In this document: positions 8,323-23,300 of the stretch, one piece after another
Layout of the letters: each line of letters starts with the position of its first letter
Position numbering within the stretch: the first letter of the stretch is position 1
Assembly (NCBI RefSeq): GCF_036365525.1
Contig: NC_090378.1
Location: forward strand, 120,389,593-120,453,592
Direction of reading: 5' to 3'
Source: Heterodontus francisci
Lineage: Eukaryota
Length of the DNA: 64,000 nt
Notes under the pieces: model-generated
What the model was told of the DNA's origin: nothing
The model's input: the letters and a program-made list of their open reading frames with translations, nothing else
Databases searched by the model: none
Made by a program: the position numbers and the translations under genes

Positions 8323-11300
8323 GTCTGTTTATTATATAATAAATATAACTGTGGATGTGTCAGTACAGGAGGTGGGACTATGTCCATTATTATATATTAT
8401 TTATAACTGTGGGATGTGTCAGTACAGGAGGTGGGACTGTGTGTCCATTATTATATATTATATATAACTGTAGGATGTGTCAGTACAGGAGGTGGGACTG
8501 TGTGTCCATTATTATATATTATATATAACTGTAGGATGTGTCAGTACAGGAGGTGGGACAGTGTGTCCATTATTATATATTATATATAACTGTGGGATGT
8601 GTCAGTCCAGGAGGTGGGACTGTGTGTCCATTATTCTTTATTATATATAACTGTGGAATGTGTCAGTGCAGGTTTTGGGACTGTGTGTCCATTATTATAT
8701 ATTATATATAACTGTGGGATGTGTCAGTACCGGAGGTGGGACAGTGTGTCCATTATTATATATTATATATAACTGTGGGATGTGTCAGTGCAGGAAGTGG
8801 GACAGTGTGTCCATTATTTTATATTATATATAACTGTGGGATGTGTCAGTCCAGGAGGTGGGACTGTGTGTCCATTATTATATATTATATATAACTGTGG
8901 GATGTGTCAGTACAGGAGGTGGGACTGTGTGTCCATTATTATATATTATATATAACTGTGGGATGTGTCAGTACAGGAGGTGGGACTGTGTGTCCATTAT
9001 TATATATTATATATAACTGTGGGATGTGTCAGTACAGGAGGTGGGACTGTGCGTCCATTATTATATATTATATATAACTGTGGGATGTGTCAGTACAGGA
9101 GGTGGGACTGTGTGTCCATTATTTTTTATTATATATAACTGTGGAATGTGTCAGTGCAGGTTTTGGGACTGTGTGTTCATTATTATATATTATATTTAAC
9201 TGTGGGATGTGTCAGTGCGGGAGGTGGGACTGTGTGTCCATTATTATATATTATATATATATGTGGAACGTTTCAGTCTAGGAGGTGGGACTGTGCGTCC
9301 ATTATTATATATTATATATAACTGTGGAACGTGTCAGTCGAGGAGGTGGGACTGTGCGTCCATTATTATATATTATATATAACTGTGGGATGTGTCACTG
9401 CGGGAAGTGGGACTGTGTGTCCATTATTATATATTATATATAACTGTGGGATGTGTCAGTACAGGAGGTGGGACTGTGTGTCCATTATTTTTTATTATAT
9501 ATAACTGTGGAATGTGTCAGTGCAGGTTTTGGGACTGTGTGTTCATTATTATATATTATATTTAACTGTGGGATGTGTCAGTGCGGGAGGTGGGACTGTG
9601 TGTCCATTATTATATATTATATATATATGTGGAACGTTTCAGTCTAGGAGGTGGGACTGTGCGTCCATTATTATATATTATATATAACTGTGGAACGTGT
9701 CAGTCGAGGAGGTGGGACTGTGCGCCCATTATTATATATTATATATAACTGTGGAACGTGTCAGTCGAGGAGGTGGGACTGTGCGTCCATTATTATATAT
9801 TATATATAACTGTGTAACGTGTCAGTCGAGGAGGTGGGACTGTGCGTCCATTATTATATATTATAAAAAACTGTGGGATGTGTCAGTACTGGAGGTGTGA
9901 CTGTGCGTCCATTATTATATATTATATATAACTGTAGGATGTGTTAGTACAGGACGTGGGACTGTGTGTCCATTATTATATATTATATATAACTGTTGGA
10001 TGTGTCCGTTCCGGAGGTGGGACTGTGTGACCATTATTATATATTATATATAACTGTGGGATGTGTCAGTACAGGAGGTGGGACTGTGTGTCCATTATTA
10101 TATATTATATATAACTGTGGGATGTGTCAGTGCAGGAGGTGGGACAGTGTGTCCATTATTATATATTATATATAACTGTAGGATGTGTTAGTACAGGACG
10201 TGGGACTGTGTGTCCATTATTATATATTATATATAACTGTTGGATGTGTCCGTTCCGGAGGTGGGACTGTGTGACCATTATTATATATTATATATAACTG
10301 TGGGACGTGTCAGTGCAGGAGGTGGGACAGTGTGTCCATTATTATATATTATATATAACTGTAGGATGTGTTAGTACAGGACGTGGTACTGTGTGTCCAT
10401 TATTATATATTATATATAACTGTTGGATGTGTCCGTTCCGGAGGTGGGACAGTGTGTCCATTATTATATATTATATATAACTGTAGGATGTGTTAGTACA
10501 GGACGTGGGACTGTGTGTCCATTATTATATATTATATATAACTGTGGAACGTGTCAGTCGAGGAGGTGGGACTGTGCGTTCATTATTATTTATTATATAT
10601 AACTGTGGGACGTGTCAGTGCAGGAGGTGGGACAGTGTGTCCATTATTATATATTATATATAACTGTAGGATGTGTTAGTACAGGACGTGGGACTGTGTG
10701 TCCATTATTATATATTATATATAACTGTTGGATGTGTCCGTTCCGGAGGTGGGACTGTGTGACCATTATTATATATTATATATAACTGTGGGATGTGTCA
10801 GTCGAGGAGGTGGGACTGTGTGTCCATTTTTATGTATTATATATAACTGTGGGATGTGTCAGTACCGGAGGTGGGACTGTGTGTCCATTATTTTATATTA
10901 TATATAACTGTGGGATGTGTCAGTACAGGAGGTGGGTCAGTGTGTCCATTATTATATATTATTTATAACTGTGGGATGTGTCAGTACAGGAGGTGGGACT
11001 GTGTGTCCATTATTATATATTATATATAATTGTGGGATGTGTCAGTCCAGGAGGTGGGACTGTGTGTCCATTATTTTAAATTATATATAACTGTGGGATG
11101 TGTCAGTGCAGGAGGTGGGACTGTGTGTCCATTATTATATATTATATATAACTGTGGGATGTGTCAGTACAGGAGGTGGGACTGTGTGTCCATTATTATA
11201 TATTATATATAACTGTGGGATGTGTCAGTACCGGAGGTGGGACAGTGTGTCCATTATTATATATTATATATAACTGTGGGATGTGTCAGTGCAGGAAGTG

Positions 11301-14300
11301 GGACTGTGTGTCCATTATTATATATTATATATAACTGTGGGATGTGTCAGTACAGGAGGTGGGACTGTGTGTCCATTATTATATATTATATATAACTGTG
11401 GGATGTGTCAGTACCGGAGGTGGGACAGTGTGTCCATTATTATATATTATATATAACTGTGGGATGTGTCAGTACCGGAGGTGGGACAGTGTGTCCATTA
11501 TTATATATTATATATAACTGTGGGATGTGTCAGTACCGGAGGTGGGACTGTGAGTCCATTATTCTTTATTATATATATCTGTGGGATGTGTCAGTACAGG
11601 CGGTGGGACTGTGTGTCCATTATTATATATTATATATAACTGTGGGATGTGTCAGTGCGGGAGGTGGGACTGTGTGTCCATTATTATATATTATATATAA
11701 CTGTGGGATGTGTCAGTACAGGAGGTGGTACTGTGTGTCCATTATTATATATTATATATAACTGTGGGATGTGTCAGTGCAGGAAGTGGGACAGTGTGTC
11801 CATTATTATATATTATATATAACTGTGGGATGTGTCAGTCCTGGAGGTGGGACTGTGCGTCCATTATTATATATTATATATAACTGTGGGATGTGTCAGT
11901 ACAGGAGGTGGGACTGCGTGTCCATTATTATATATTATATATAACTGTTGGATGTGTCAGTACAGGAGGTGGGACAGTGTGTCCATTATTATATATTATA
12001 TATAACTGTGGGATGTGTCAGTGCAGGATGTGGGACAGTGTGTCCATTATTATATATTATATATAACAGTGGGATGTGTCAGTACAGGAGGTGGGACTGT
12101 GTGTCCATTATTATTTATTATATATAACTATGGGATGTGTCAATACAGGAGGTGGGACTGTGTGTCCATTATTATATGTTAGATATAACTGTGGGATGTG
12201 TCAGTACAGGAGGTGGGACGGTGTGTCCATTATTATATATTATATATAACTGTGGGATGTGTCAGTACAGGAGGTGGGACGGTGTGTCAATTATTATATG
12301 TTAGATATAACTGTGGGATGTGTCAGTACAGGAGGTGGGACGGTGTGTCCATTATTATATATTATATATAACTGTGGGATGTGTCAGTACAGGAGGTGGG
12401 ACTGTGTTTCCATTATTATTTATTATATATAATTGTGGGATGTGTCAGTACAGGAGGTGGGACGGTGTGTCCATTATTATATGTTAGATATAACTGTGGG
12501 ATGTGTCAGTACAGGAGGTGGGACTGTGTGTCCATTATTATATATTATATATAACTGTGGGATGTGTCAGTACAGGAGGTGGGACTGTGTGTCCATTATT
12601 ATTTATTATATATAACTATGGGATGTGTCAGTACAGGAGGTGGGACTGTGTGTCCATTATTATTTATTATATATAACTATGGGATGTGTCAGTACAGGAG
12701 GTGGGACTGTGCGTCCATTATTATATATTATATATAACTGTGGGATGTGTCAGTGCGGGACGTGGGACTGTGTGTCCATTATTATATATTATATATAACT
12801 GTGGAACGTGTCAGTCGAGGAGGTGGGACTGTGTGTCCATTATTATATATTATATATAACTGTGTAACGTGTCAGTCGAGGAGGTGGGACTGTGCGTCCA
12901 TTATTATATATTATATATAACTGTGGAACATGTCAGTCGAGGAGGTGGGACTGTGCGTCCATTATTATATATTATATATAACTGTGGGATGTGTCAGTAC
13001 AGGAGGTGGGACTGTGTTTCCATTATTATTTATTATATATAATTGTGGGATGTGTCATTACAGGAGGTGGGACGGTGTGTCCATTATTATATGTTAGATA
13101 TAACTGTGGGATGTGTCAGTACAGGAGGTGGGACTGTGTTTCCATTATTATATATTATTTATAAATGTGGGATGTGTCAGTACAGGAGGTGGGACGGTGT
13201 GTCCATTATTATATGTTATATATAACTGTGGGATGTGTCAGTACAGGAGGTGGGACTGTGTGTCAATTATTATTTATTATATATAACTGTGGGACGTGTC
13301 AGTTCAGGAGGTGGGACTGTGTGTCCATTATTATATATTATATATGACTGTGGGATTTGTCAGTACAGGAGGTGGGACTGTGTGTCCATTATTATATATA
13401 ACTGTGGGATGTGTCAGTACAGGAGGTGGGACTGTGTGTCCATTATTATTTATTATATATAACTCTGGGATGTGTCAGTACAGGAGGTGGGACTGTGTGT
13501 CCATTGTTATATATTATATATTATTGTGGGATGTGTCAGTGCAGGAGGTGGGACTGTGTGTCCATTATTATATATAACTGTGGGATGTGTCAGTACAGGA
13601 GGTGGGACTGTGTGTCCATTATTATTTATTATATATAACTCTGGGATGTGTCAGTACAGGAGGTGGGACTGTGTGTCCATTATTATATACAACTGTGGGA
13701 TGTGTCAGTACAGGAGGTGGGACTGTGTGTCCATTATTATATATAACTGTGGGATGTGTCAGTACAGGAGGTGGGACTGTGTGTCCATTATTATATATAA
13801 CTGTGGGATGTGTCAGTACAGGAGGTGGGAATGTGTGTCCATTATTATTTATTATATATAACTCTGGGATGTGTCAGGACAGGAGGTGCGACTGTGTGTC
13901 CATTATTATATATTAGATATAACTGTGGGATGTGTCAGTGCAGGAGGTGGGACTGTGTGTCCATTATTATATATTAGATAAAACTATGGGATGTGTCAGT
14001 ACAGGAGGTGGGACTGTGTGTCCATTATTACATATTAGATATAACTGTGGGATGTGTCATTGCAGGTGGTGGGACTGTGTGTCTATGAGTATATATTATA
14101 TATTATTGTGGGACGTGTCAGTACCGGGGTTTGGACTGTGTGTTCATTATTATATAAAACTGTGGGATGTGTCAGTACAGTAGGTGGGACTGTGTGTCTA
14201 TGAGTATATATTATATATTATTGTGGGACGTGTCAGTACCGGGGTTTGGACTGTGTGTCCATTATTATATATTCTATATAACTGTGGGACATGTCACGAC

Positions 14301-17300
14301 AGGAGGTGGGACTGTGTGTCCATTATTATATATTATATCTAACTGTGGGATGTGTCAGTACAGGAGGTAGGACAGTGTGTCCATTATTATCTATTATATA
14401 TAACTGTGGGATGTGTCAGTACAGGAGGTGGGACAGTGTGTCCATTATTATATATTATATATAACTGTGGGATGTGTCAGTGCAGGAAGTGGGACAGTGT
14501 GTCCATTATTTTATATTATATATTACTGTGGGATGTGTCAGTACAGGAGGTGGGACTGTGTGTCCATTATTATATATTATATATAACTGTGGGATGTGTC
14601 AGTGCAGGAAGTGGGACAGTGTGTCCATTATTTTATATTATATATTACTGTGGGATGTGTCAGTACAGGAGGTGGGACTGTGTGTCCATTATTATTTATT
14701 ATATATAATTGTGGGATGTGTCATTACAGGAGGTGGGACGGTGTGTCCATTATTATATGTTAGATATAACTGTGGGATGTGTCAGTACAGGAGGTGGGAC
14801 TGTGTTTGCATTATTATATATTATTTATAAATGTGGGATGTGTCAGTACAGGAGGTGGGACGGTGTGTCCATTATTATATGTTATATATAACTGTGGGAT
14901 GTGTCAGTACAGGAGGTGGGACTGTGTGTCAATTATTATTTATTATATATAACTGTGGGACGTGTCAGTTCAGGAGGTGGGACTGTGTGTCCATTATTAT
15001 ATATTATATATGACTGTGGGATTTGTCAGTACAGGAGGTGGGACTGTGTGTCCATTATTATATATAACTGTGGGATGTGTCAGTACAGGAGGTGGGACTG
15101 TGTGTCCATTATTATTTATTATATATAACTCTGGGATGTGTCAGTACAGGAGGTAGGACAGTGTGTCCATTATTATCTATTATATATAACTGTGGGATGT
15201 GTCAGTACAGGAGGTGGGAATGTGTGTCCATTATTATTTATTATATATAACTCTGGGATGTGTCAGGACAGGAGGTGCGACTGTGTGTCCATTATTATAT
15301 ATTAGATATAACTGTGGGATGTGTCAGTGCAGGAGGTGGGACTGTGTGTCCATTATTATATATTAGATAAAACTATGGGATGTGTCAGTACAGGAGGTGG
15401 GACTGTGTGTCCATTATTACATATTAGATATAACTGTGGGATGTGTCATTGCAGGTGGTGGGACTGTGTGTCTATGAGTATATATTATATATTATTGTGG
15501 GACGTGTCAGTACCGGGGTTTGGACTGTGTGTTCATTATTATATAAAACTGTGGGATGTGTCAGTACAGTAGGTGGGACTGTGTGTCTATGAGTATATAT
15601 TATATATTATTGTGGGACGTGTCAGTACCGGGGTTTGGACTGTGTGTCCATTATTATATATTCTATATAACTGTGGGACATGTCACGACAGGAGGTGGGA
15701 CTGTGTGTCCATTATTATATATTATATCTAACTGTGGGATGTGTCAGTACAGGAGGTAGGACAGTGTGTCCATTATTATCTATTATATATAACTGTGGGA
15801 TGTGTCAGTACAGGAGGTGGGACAGTGTGTCCATTATTATATATTATATATAACTGTGGGATGTGTCAGTGCAGGAAGTGGGACAGTGTGTCCATTATTT
15901 TATATTATATATTACTGTGGGATGTGTCAGTACAGGAGGTGGGACTGTGTGTCCATTATTATATATTATATATAACTGTGGGATGTGTCAGTGCAGGAAG
16001 TGGGACAGTGTGTCCATTATTTTATATTATATATTACTGTGGGATGTGTCAGTACAGGAGGTGGGACTGTGTGTCCATTATTATTTATTATATATAATTG
16101 TGGGATGTGTCATTACAGGAGGTGGGACGGTGTGTCCATTATTATATGTTAGATATAACTGTGGGATGTGTCAGTACAGGAGGTGGGACTGTGTTTGCAT
16201 TATTATATATTATTTATAAATGTGGGATGTGTCAGTACAGGAGGTGGGACGGTGTGTCCATTATTATATGTTATATATAACTGTGGGATGTGTCAGTACA
16301 GGAGGTGGGACTGTGTGTCAATTATTATTTATTATATATAACTGTGGGACGTGTCAGTTCAGGAGGTGGGACTGTGTGTCCATTATTATATATTATATAT
16401 GACTGTGGGATTTGTCAGTACAGGAGGTGGGACTGTGTGTCCATTATTATATATAACTGTGGGATGTGTCAGTACAGGAGGTGGGACTGTGTGTCCATTA
16501 TTATTTATTATATATAACTCTGGGATGTGTCAGTACAGGAGGTGGGACTGTGTGTCCATTGTTATATATTATATATTATTGTGGGATGTGTCAGTGCAGG
16601 AGGTGGGACTGTGTGTCCATTATTATATATAACTGTGGGATGTGTCAGTACAGGAGGTGGGACTGTGTGTCCATTATTATTTATTATATATAACTCTGGG
16701 ATGTGTCAGTACAGGAGGTGGGACTGTGTGTCCATTATTATATACAACTGTGGGATGTGTCAGTACAGGAGGTGGGACTGTGTGTCCATTATTATATATA
16801 ACTGTGGGATGTGTCAGTACAGGAGGTGGGACTGTGTGTCCATTATTATATATAACTGTGGGATGTGTCAGTACAGGAGGTGGGAATGTGTGTCCATTAT
16901 TATTTATTATATATAACTCTGGGATGTGTCAGGACAGGAGGTGCGACTGTGTGTCCATTATTATATATTAGATATAACTGTGGGATGTGTCAGTGCAGGA
17001 GGTGGGACTGTGTGTCCATTATTATATATTAGATAAAACTATGGGATGTGTCAGTACAGGAGGTGGGACTGTGTGTCCATTATTACATATTAGATATAAC
17101 TGTGGGATGTGTCATTGCAGGTGGTGGGACTGTGTGTCTATGAGTATATATTATATATTATTGTGGGACGTGTCAGTACCGGGGTTTGGACTGTGTGTTC
17201 ATTATTATATAAAACTGTGGGATGTGTCAGTACAGTAGGTGGGACTGTGTGTCTATGAGTATATATTATATATTATTGTGGGACGTGTCAGTACCGGGGT

Positions 17301-20300
17301 TTGGACTGTGTGTCCATTATTATATATTCTATATAACTGTGGGACATGTCACGACAGGAGGTGGGACTGTGTGTCCATTATTATATATTATATCTAACTG
17401 TGGGATGTGTCAGTACAGGAGGTAGGACAGTGTGTCCATTATTATCTATTATATATAACTGTGGGATGTGTCAGTACAGGAGGTGGGACAGTGTGTCCAT
17501 TATTATATATTATATATAACTGTGGGATGTGTCAGTGCAGGAAGTGGGACAGTGTGTCCATTATTTTATATTATATATTACTGTGGGATGTGTCAGTACA
17601 GGAGGTGGGACTGTGTGTCCATTATTATATATTATATATAACTGTGGGATGTGTCAGTAAAGGAGGTGGGACTGTGTGTCCATTATTATATATTATATAT
17701 AACTGTGGGATGTGTCAGTACAGGAGGTGGGACTGTGTTTCCATTATTATATATTATTTATAAATGTGGGATGTGTCAGTACAGGAGGTGGGACGGTGTG
17801 TCCATTATTATATGTTATATATAACTGTGGGATGTGTCAGTACAGGAGGTGGGACTGTGTGTCAATTATTATTTATTATATATAACTGTGGGACGTGTCA
17901 GTTCAGGAGGTGGGACTGTGTGTCCATTATTATATATTATATATGACTGTGGGATTTGTCAGTACAGGAGGTGGGACTGTGTGTCCATTATTATATATAA
18001 CTGTGGGATGTGTCAGTACAGGAGGTGGGACTGTGTGTCCATTATTATATATAACTGTGGGATGTGTCAGTACAGGAGGTGGGACTGTGTGTCCATTATT
18101 ATTTATTATATATAACTCTGGGATGTGTCAGTACAGGAGGTGGGACTGTGTGTCCATTGTTATATATTATATATTATTGTGGGATGTGTCAGTGCAGGAC
18201 GTGGGACTGTGTGTCCATTATTATATATAAGTGTGGGATGTGTCAGTACAGGAGGTGGGACTGTGTGTCCATTATTATTTATTATATATAACTCTGGGAT
18301 GTGTCAGTACAGGAGGTGGGACTGTGTGTCCATTATTATATACAACTGTGGGATGTGTCAGTACAGGAGGTGGGACTGTGTGTCCATTATTATATATAAC
18401 TGTGGGATGTGTCAGTACAGGAGGTGGGACTGTGTGTCCATTATTATATATAACTGTGGGATGTGTCAGTACAGGAGGTGGGAATGTGTGTCCATTATTA
18501 TTTATTATATATAACTCTGGGATGTGTCAGGACAGGAGGTGCGACTGTGTGTCCATTATTATATATTAGATATAACTGTGGGATGTGTCAGTGCAGGAGG
18601 TGGGACTGTGTGTCCATTATTACATATTAGATATAACTGTGGGATGTGTCATTGCAGGTGGTGGGACTGTGTGTCTATGAGTATATATTATATATTATTG
18701 TGGGACGTGTCAGTACCGGGGTTTGGACTGTGTGTTCATTATTATATAAAACTGTGGGATGTGTCAGTACAGTAGGTGGGACTGTGTGTCCATTATTACA
18801 TATTAGATATAACTGTGGGATGTGTCATTGCAGGTGGTGGGACTGTGTGTCTATGAGTATATATTATATATTATTGTGGGACGTGTCAGTACCGGGGTTT
18901 GGACTGTGTGTCCATTATTATATATTCTATATAACTGTGGGACATGTCACGACAGGAGGTGGGACTGTGTGTCCATTATTATATATTATATCTAACTGTG
19001 GGATGTGTCAGTACAGGAGGTAGGACAGTGTGTCCATTATTATCTATTATATATAACTGTGGGATGTGTCAGTACAGGAGGTGGGACAGTGTGTCCATTA
19101 TTATATATTATATATAACTGTGGGATGTGTCAGTGCAGGAAGTGGGACAGTGTGTCCATTATTTTATATTATATATTACTGTGGGATGTGTCAGTACAGG
19201 AGGTGGGACTGTGTGTCCATTATTATATATTATATATAACTGTGGGATGTGTCAGTAAAGGAGGTGGGACTGTGTGTCCATTATTATTTATTATATAAAA
19301 CTGTGGGATGTGTCAGTACAGGAGGTGGGACTGTGTGTCCATTATTATATATTATATATAACTGTGGGATGTGTCAGTACAGGAGGAGGGACTATGTGTC
19401 CATTATTTTTTATTATATATAACTGTGGAATGTGTCAATGCAGGTTTTGGGACTGTGTGTCCATTATTATATATTATATATAACAGTGGGATGTGTCAGT
19501 ACCGGAGGTGGGACAGTGTGTCCATTATTTTATATTATATATAACTGTGGGATGTGTCAGTACTGGAGGTGGGACTGTGCGTCCATTATTATATATTATA
19601 TATAACTGTGGGATGTGTCAGTACAGGAGGTGGGACTGTGTGTCCATTATTATTTATTATATATAACTCTGGGATGTGTCAGTACAGGAGGTGGGACTGT
19701 GTGTCCATTGTTATATATTATATATTATTGTGGGATGTGTCAGTGCAGGAGGTGGGACTGTGTGTCCATTATTATATATAACTGTGGGATGTGTCAGTAC
19801 AGGAGGTGGGACTGTGTGTCCATTATTATTTATTATATATAACTCTGGGATGTGTCAGTACAGGAGGTGGGACTGTGTGTCCATTATTATATACAACTGT
19901 GGGATGTGTCAGTACAGGAGGTGGGACTGTGTGTCCATTATTATATATAACTGTGGGATGTGTCAGTACAGGAGGTGGGACTGTGTGTCCATTATTATAT
20001 ATAACTGTGGGATGTGTCAGTACAGGAGGTGGGAATGTGTGTCCATTATTATTTATTATATATAACTCTGGGATGTGTCAGGACAGGAGGTGCGACTGTG
20101 TGTCCATTATTATATATTAGATATAACTGTGGGATGTGTCAGTGCAGGAGGTGGGACTGTGTGTCCATTATTATATATTAGATAAAACTATGGGATGTGT
20201 CAGTACAGGAGGTGGGACTGTGTGTCCATTATTACATATTAGATATAACTGTGGGATGTGTCATTGCAGGTGGTGGGACTGTGTGTCTATGAGTATATAT

Positions 20301-23300
20301 TATATATTATTGTGGGACGTGTCAGTACCGGGGTTTGGACTGTGTGTTCATTATTATATAAAACTGTGGGATGTGTCAGTACAGTAGGTGGGACTGTGTG
20401 TCTATGAGTATATATTATATATTATTGTGGGACGTGTCAGTACCGGGGTTTGGACTGTGTGTCCATTATTATATATTCTATATAACTGTGGGACATGTCA
20501 CGACAGGAGGTGGGACTGTGTGTCCATTATTATATATTATATCTAACTGTGGGATGTGTCAGTACAGGAGGTAGGACAGTGTGTCCATTATTATCTATTA
20601 TATATAACTGTGGGATGTGTCAGTACAGGAGGTGGGACAGTGTGTCCATTATTATATATTATATATAACTGTGGGATGTGTCAGTGCAGGAAGTGGGACA
20701 GTGTGTCCATTATTTTATATTATATATTACTGTGGGATGTGTCAGTACAGGAGGTGGGACTGTGTGTCCATTATTATATATTATATATAACTGTGGGATG
20801 TGTCAGTAAAGGAGGTGGGACTGTGTGTCCATTATTATATATTATATATAACTGTGGGATGTGTCAGTACAGGAGGTGGGACTGTGTTTCCATTATTATA
20901 TATTATTTATAAATGTGGGATGTGTCAGTACAGGAGGTGGGACGGTGTGTCCATTATTATATGTTATATATAACTGTGGGATGTGTCAGTACAGGAGGTG
21001 GGACTGTGTGTCAATTATTATTTATTATATATAACTGTGGGACGTGTCAGTTCAGGAGGTGGGACTGTGTGTCCATTATTATATATTATATATGACTGTG
21101 GGATTTGTCAGTACAGGAGGTGGGACTGTGTGTCCATTATTATATATAACTGTGGGATGTGTCAGTACAGGAGGTGGGACTGTGTGTCCATTATTATATA
21201 TAACTGTGGGATGTGTCAGTACAGGAGGTGGGACTGTGTGTCCATTATTATTTATTATATATAACTCTGGGATGTGTCAGTACAGGAGGTGGGACTGTGT
21301 GTCCATTGTTATATATTATATATTATTGTGGGATGTGTCAGTGCAGGACGTGGGACTGTGTGTCCATTATTATATATAAGTGTGGGATGTGTCAGTACAG
21401 GAGGTGGGACTGTGTGTCCATTATTATTTATTATATATAACTCTGGGATGTGTCAGTACAGGAGGTGGGACTGTGTGTCCATTATTATATACAACTGTGG
21501 GATGTGTCAGTACAGGAGGTGGGACTGTGTGTCCATTATTATATATAACTGTGGGATGTGTCAGTACAGGAGGTGGGACTGTGTGTCCATTATTATATAT
21601 AACTGTGGGATGTGTCAGTACAGGAGGTGGGAATGTGTGTCCATTATTATTTATTATATATAACTCTGGGATGTGTCAGGACAGGAGGTGCGACTGTGTG
21701 TCCATTATTATATATTAGATATAACTGTGGGATGTGTCAGTGCAGGAGGTGGGACTGTGTGTCCATTATTACATATTAGATATAACTGTGGGATGTGTCA
21801 TTGCAGGTGGTGGGACTGTGTGTCTATGAGTATATATTATATATTATTGTGGGACGTGTCAGTACCGGGGTTTGGACTGTGTGTTCATTATTATATAAAA
21901 CTGTGGGATGTGTCAGTACAGTAGGTGGGACTGTGTGTCCATTATTACATATTAGATATAACTGTGGGATGTGTCATTGCAGGTGGTGGGACTGTGTGTC
22001 TATGAGTATATATTATATATTATTGTGGGACGTGTCAGTACCGGGGTTTGGACTGTGTGTCCATTATTATATATTCTATATAACTGTGGGACATGTCACG
22101 ACAGGAGGTGGGACTGTGTGTCCATTATTATATATTATATCTAACTGTGGGATGTGTCAGTACAGGAGGTAGGACAGTGTGTCCATTATTATCTATTATA
22201 TATAACTGTGGGATGTGTCAGTACAGGAGGTGGGACAGTGTGTCCATTATTATATATTATATATAACTGTGGGATGTGTCAGTGCAGGAAGTGGGACAGT
22301 GTGTCCATTATTTTATATTATATATTACTGTGGGATGTGTCAGTACAGGAGGTGGGACTGTGTGTCCATTATTATATATTATATATAACTGTGGGATGTG
22401 TCAGTAAAGGAGGTGGGACTGTGTGTCCATTATTATTTATTATATAAAACTGTGGGATGTGTCAGTACAGGAGGTGGGACTGTGTGTCCATTATTATATA
22501 TTATATATAACTGTGGGATGTGTCAGTACAGGAGGAGGGACTATGTGTCCATTATTTTTTATTATATATAACTGTGGAATGTGTCAATGCAGGTTTTGGG
22601 ACTGTGTGTCCATTATTATATATTATATATAACAGTGGGATGTGTCAGTACCGGAGGTGGGACAGTGTGTCCATTATTTTATATTATATATAACTGTGGG
22701 ATGTGTCAGTACTGGAGGTGGGACTGTGCGTCCATTATTATATATTATATATAACTGTGGGATGTGTCAGTACAGGAGGTGGGACTGTGTGTCCATTATT
22801 ATTTATTATATATAACTGTGGGATGTGTCAGTACAGGAGGTGGGACTGTGTGTCCATTATTATATATTATATATAACTGTGGGATGTGTCAGTACAGGAG
22901 GTGGGACTGTGTGTCCATTATTTTTTTTAGATATAACTGTGGAATGTGTCAGTGCAGGTTTTGGGACTGTGTGTCCATTATTATATATTATATATAACTG
23001 TGGGATGTGTCAGTACCGGAGGTGGGACAGTGTGACCATTATTATATATTATATATAACTGTGGGATGTGTCAGTGCAGGAAGTGGGACAGTGTGTCCAT
23101 TATTATTTATTATATATAACTATGGGATGTGTCAGTACAGGAGGTGGGACTGTGTGTCCATTATTATATATTATATGTAACTGTGGGATGTGTCAGTACA
23201 GGAGGTTGGACTGTGTGTCCATTATTTTTTATTATATATAACTGTGGAATGTGTCAGTGCAGGTTTTGGGACTGTGTGTTCATTATTATATATTATATTT

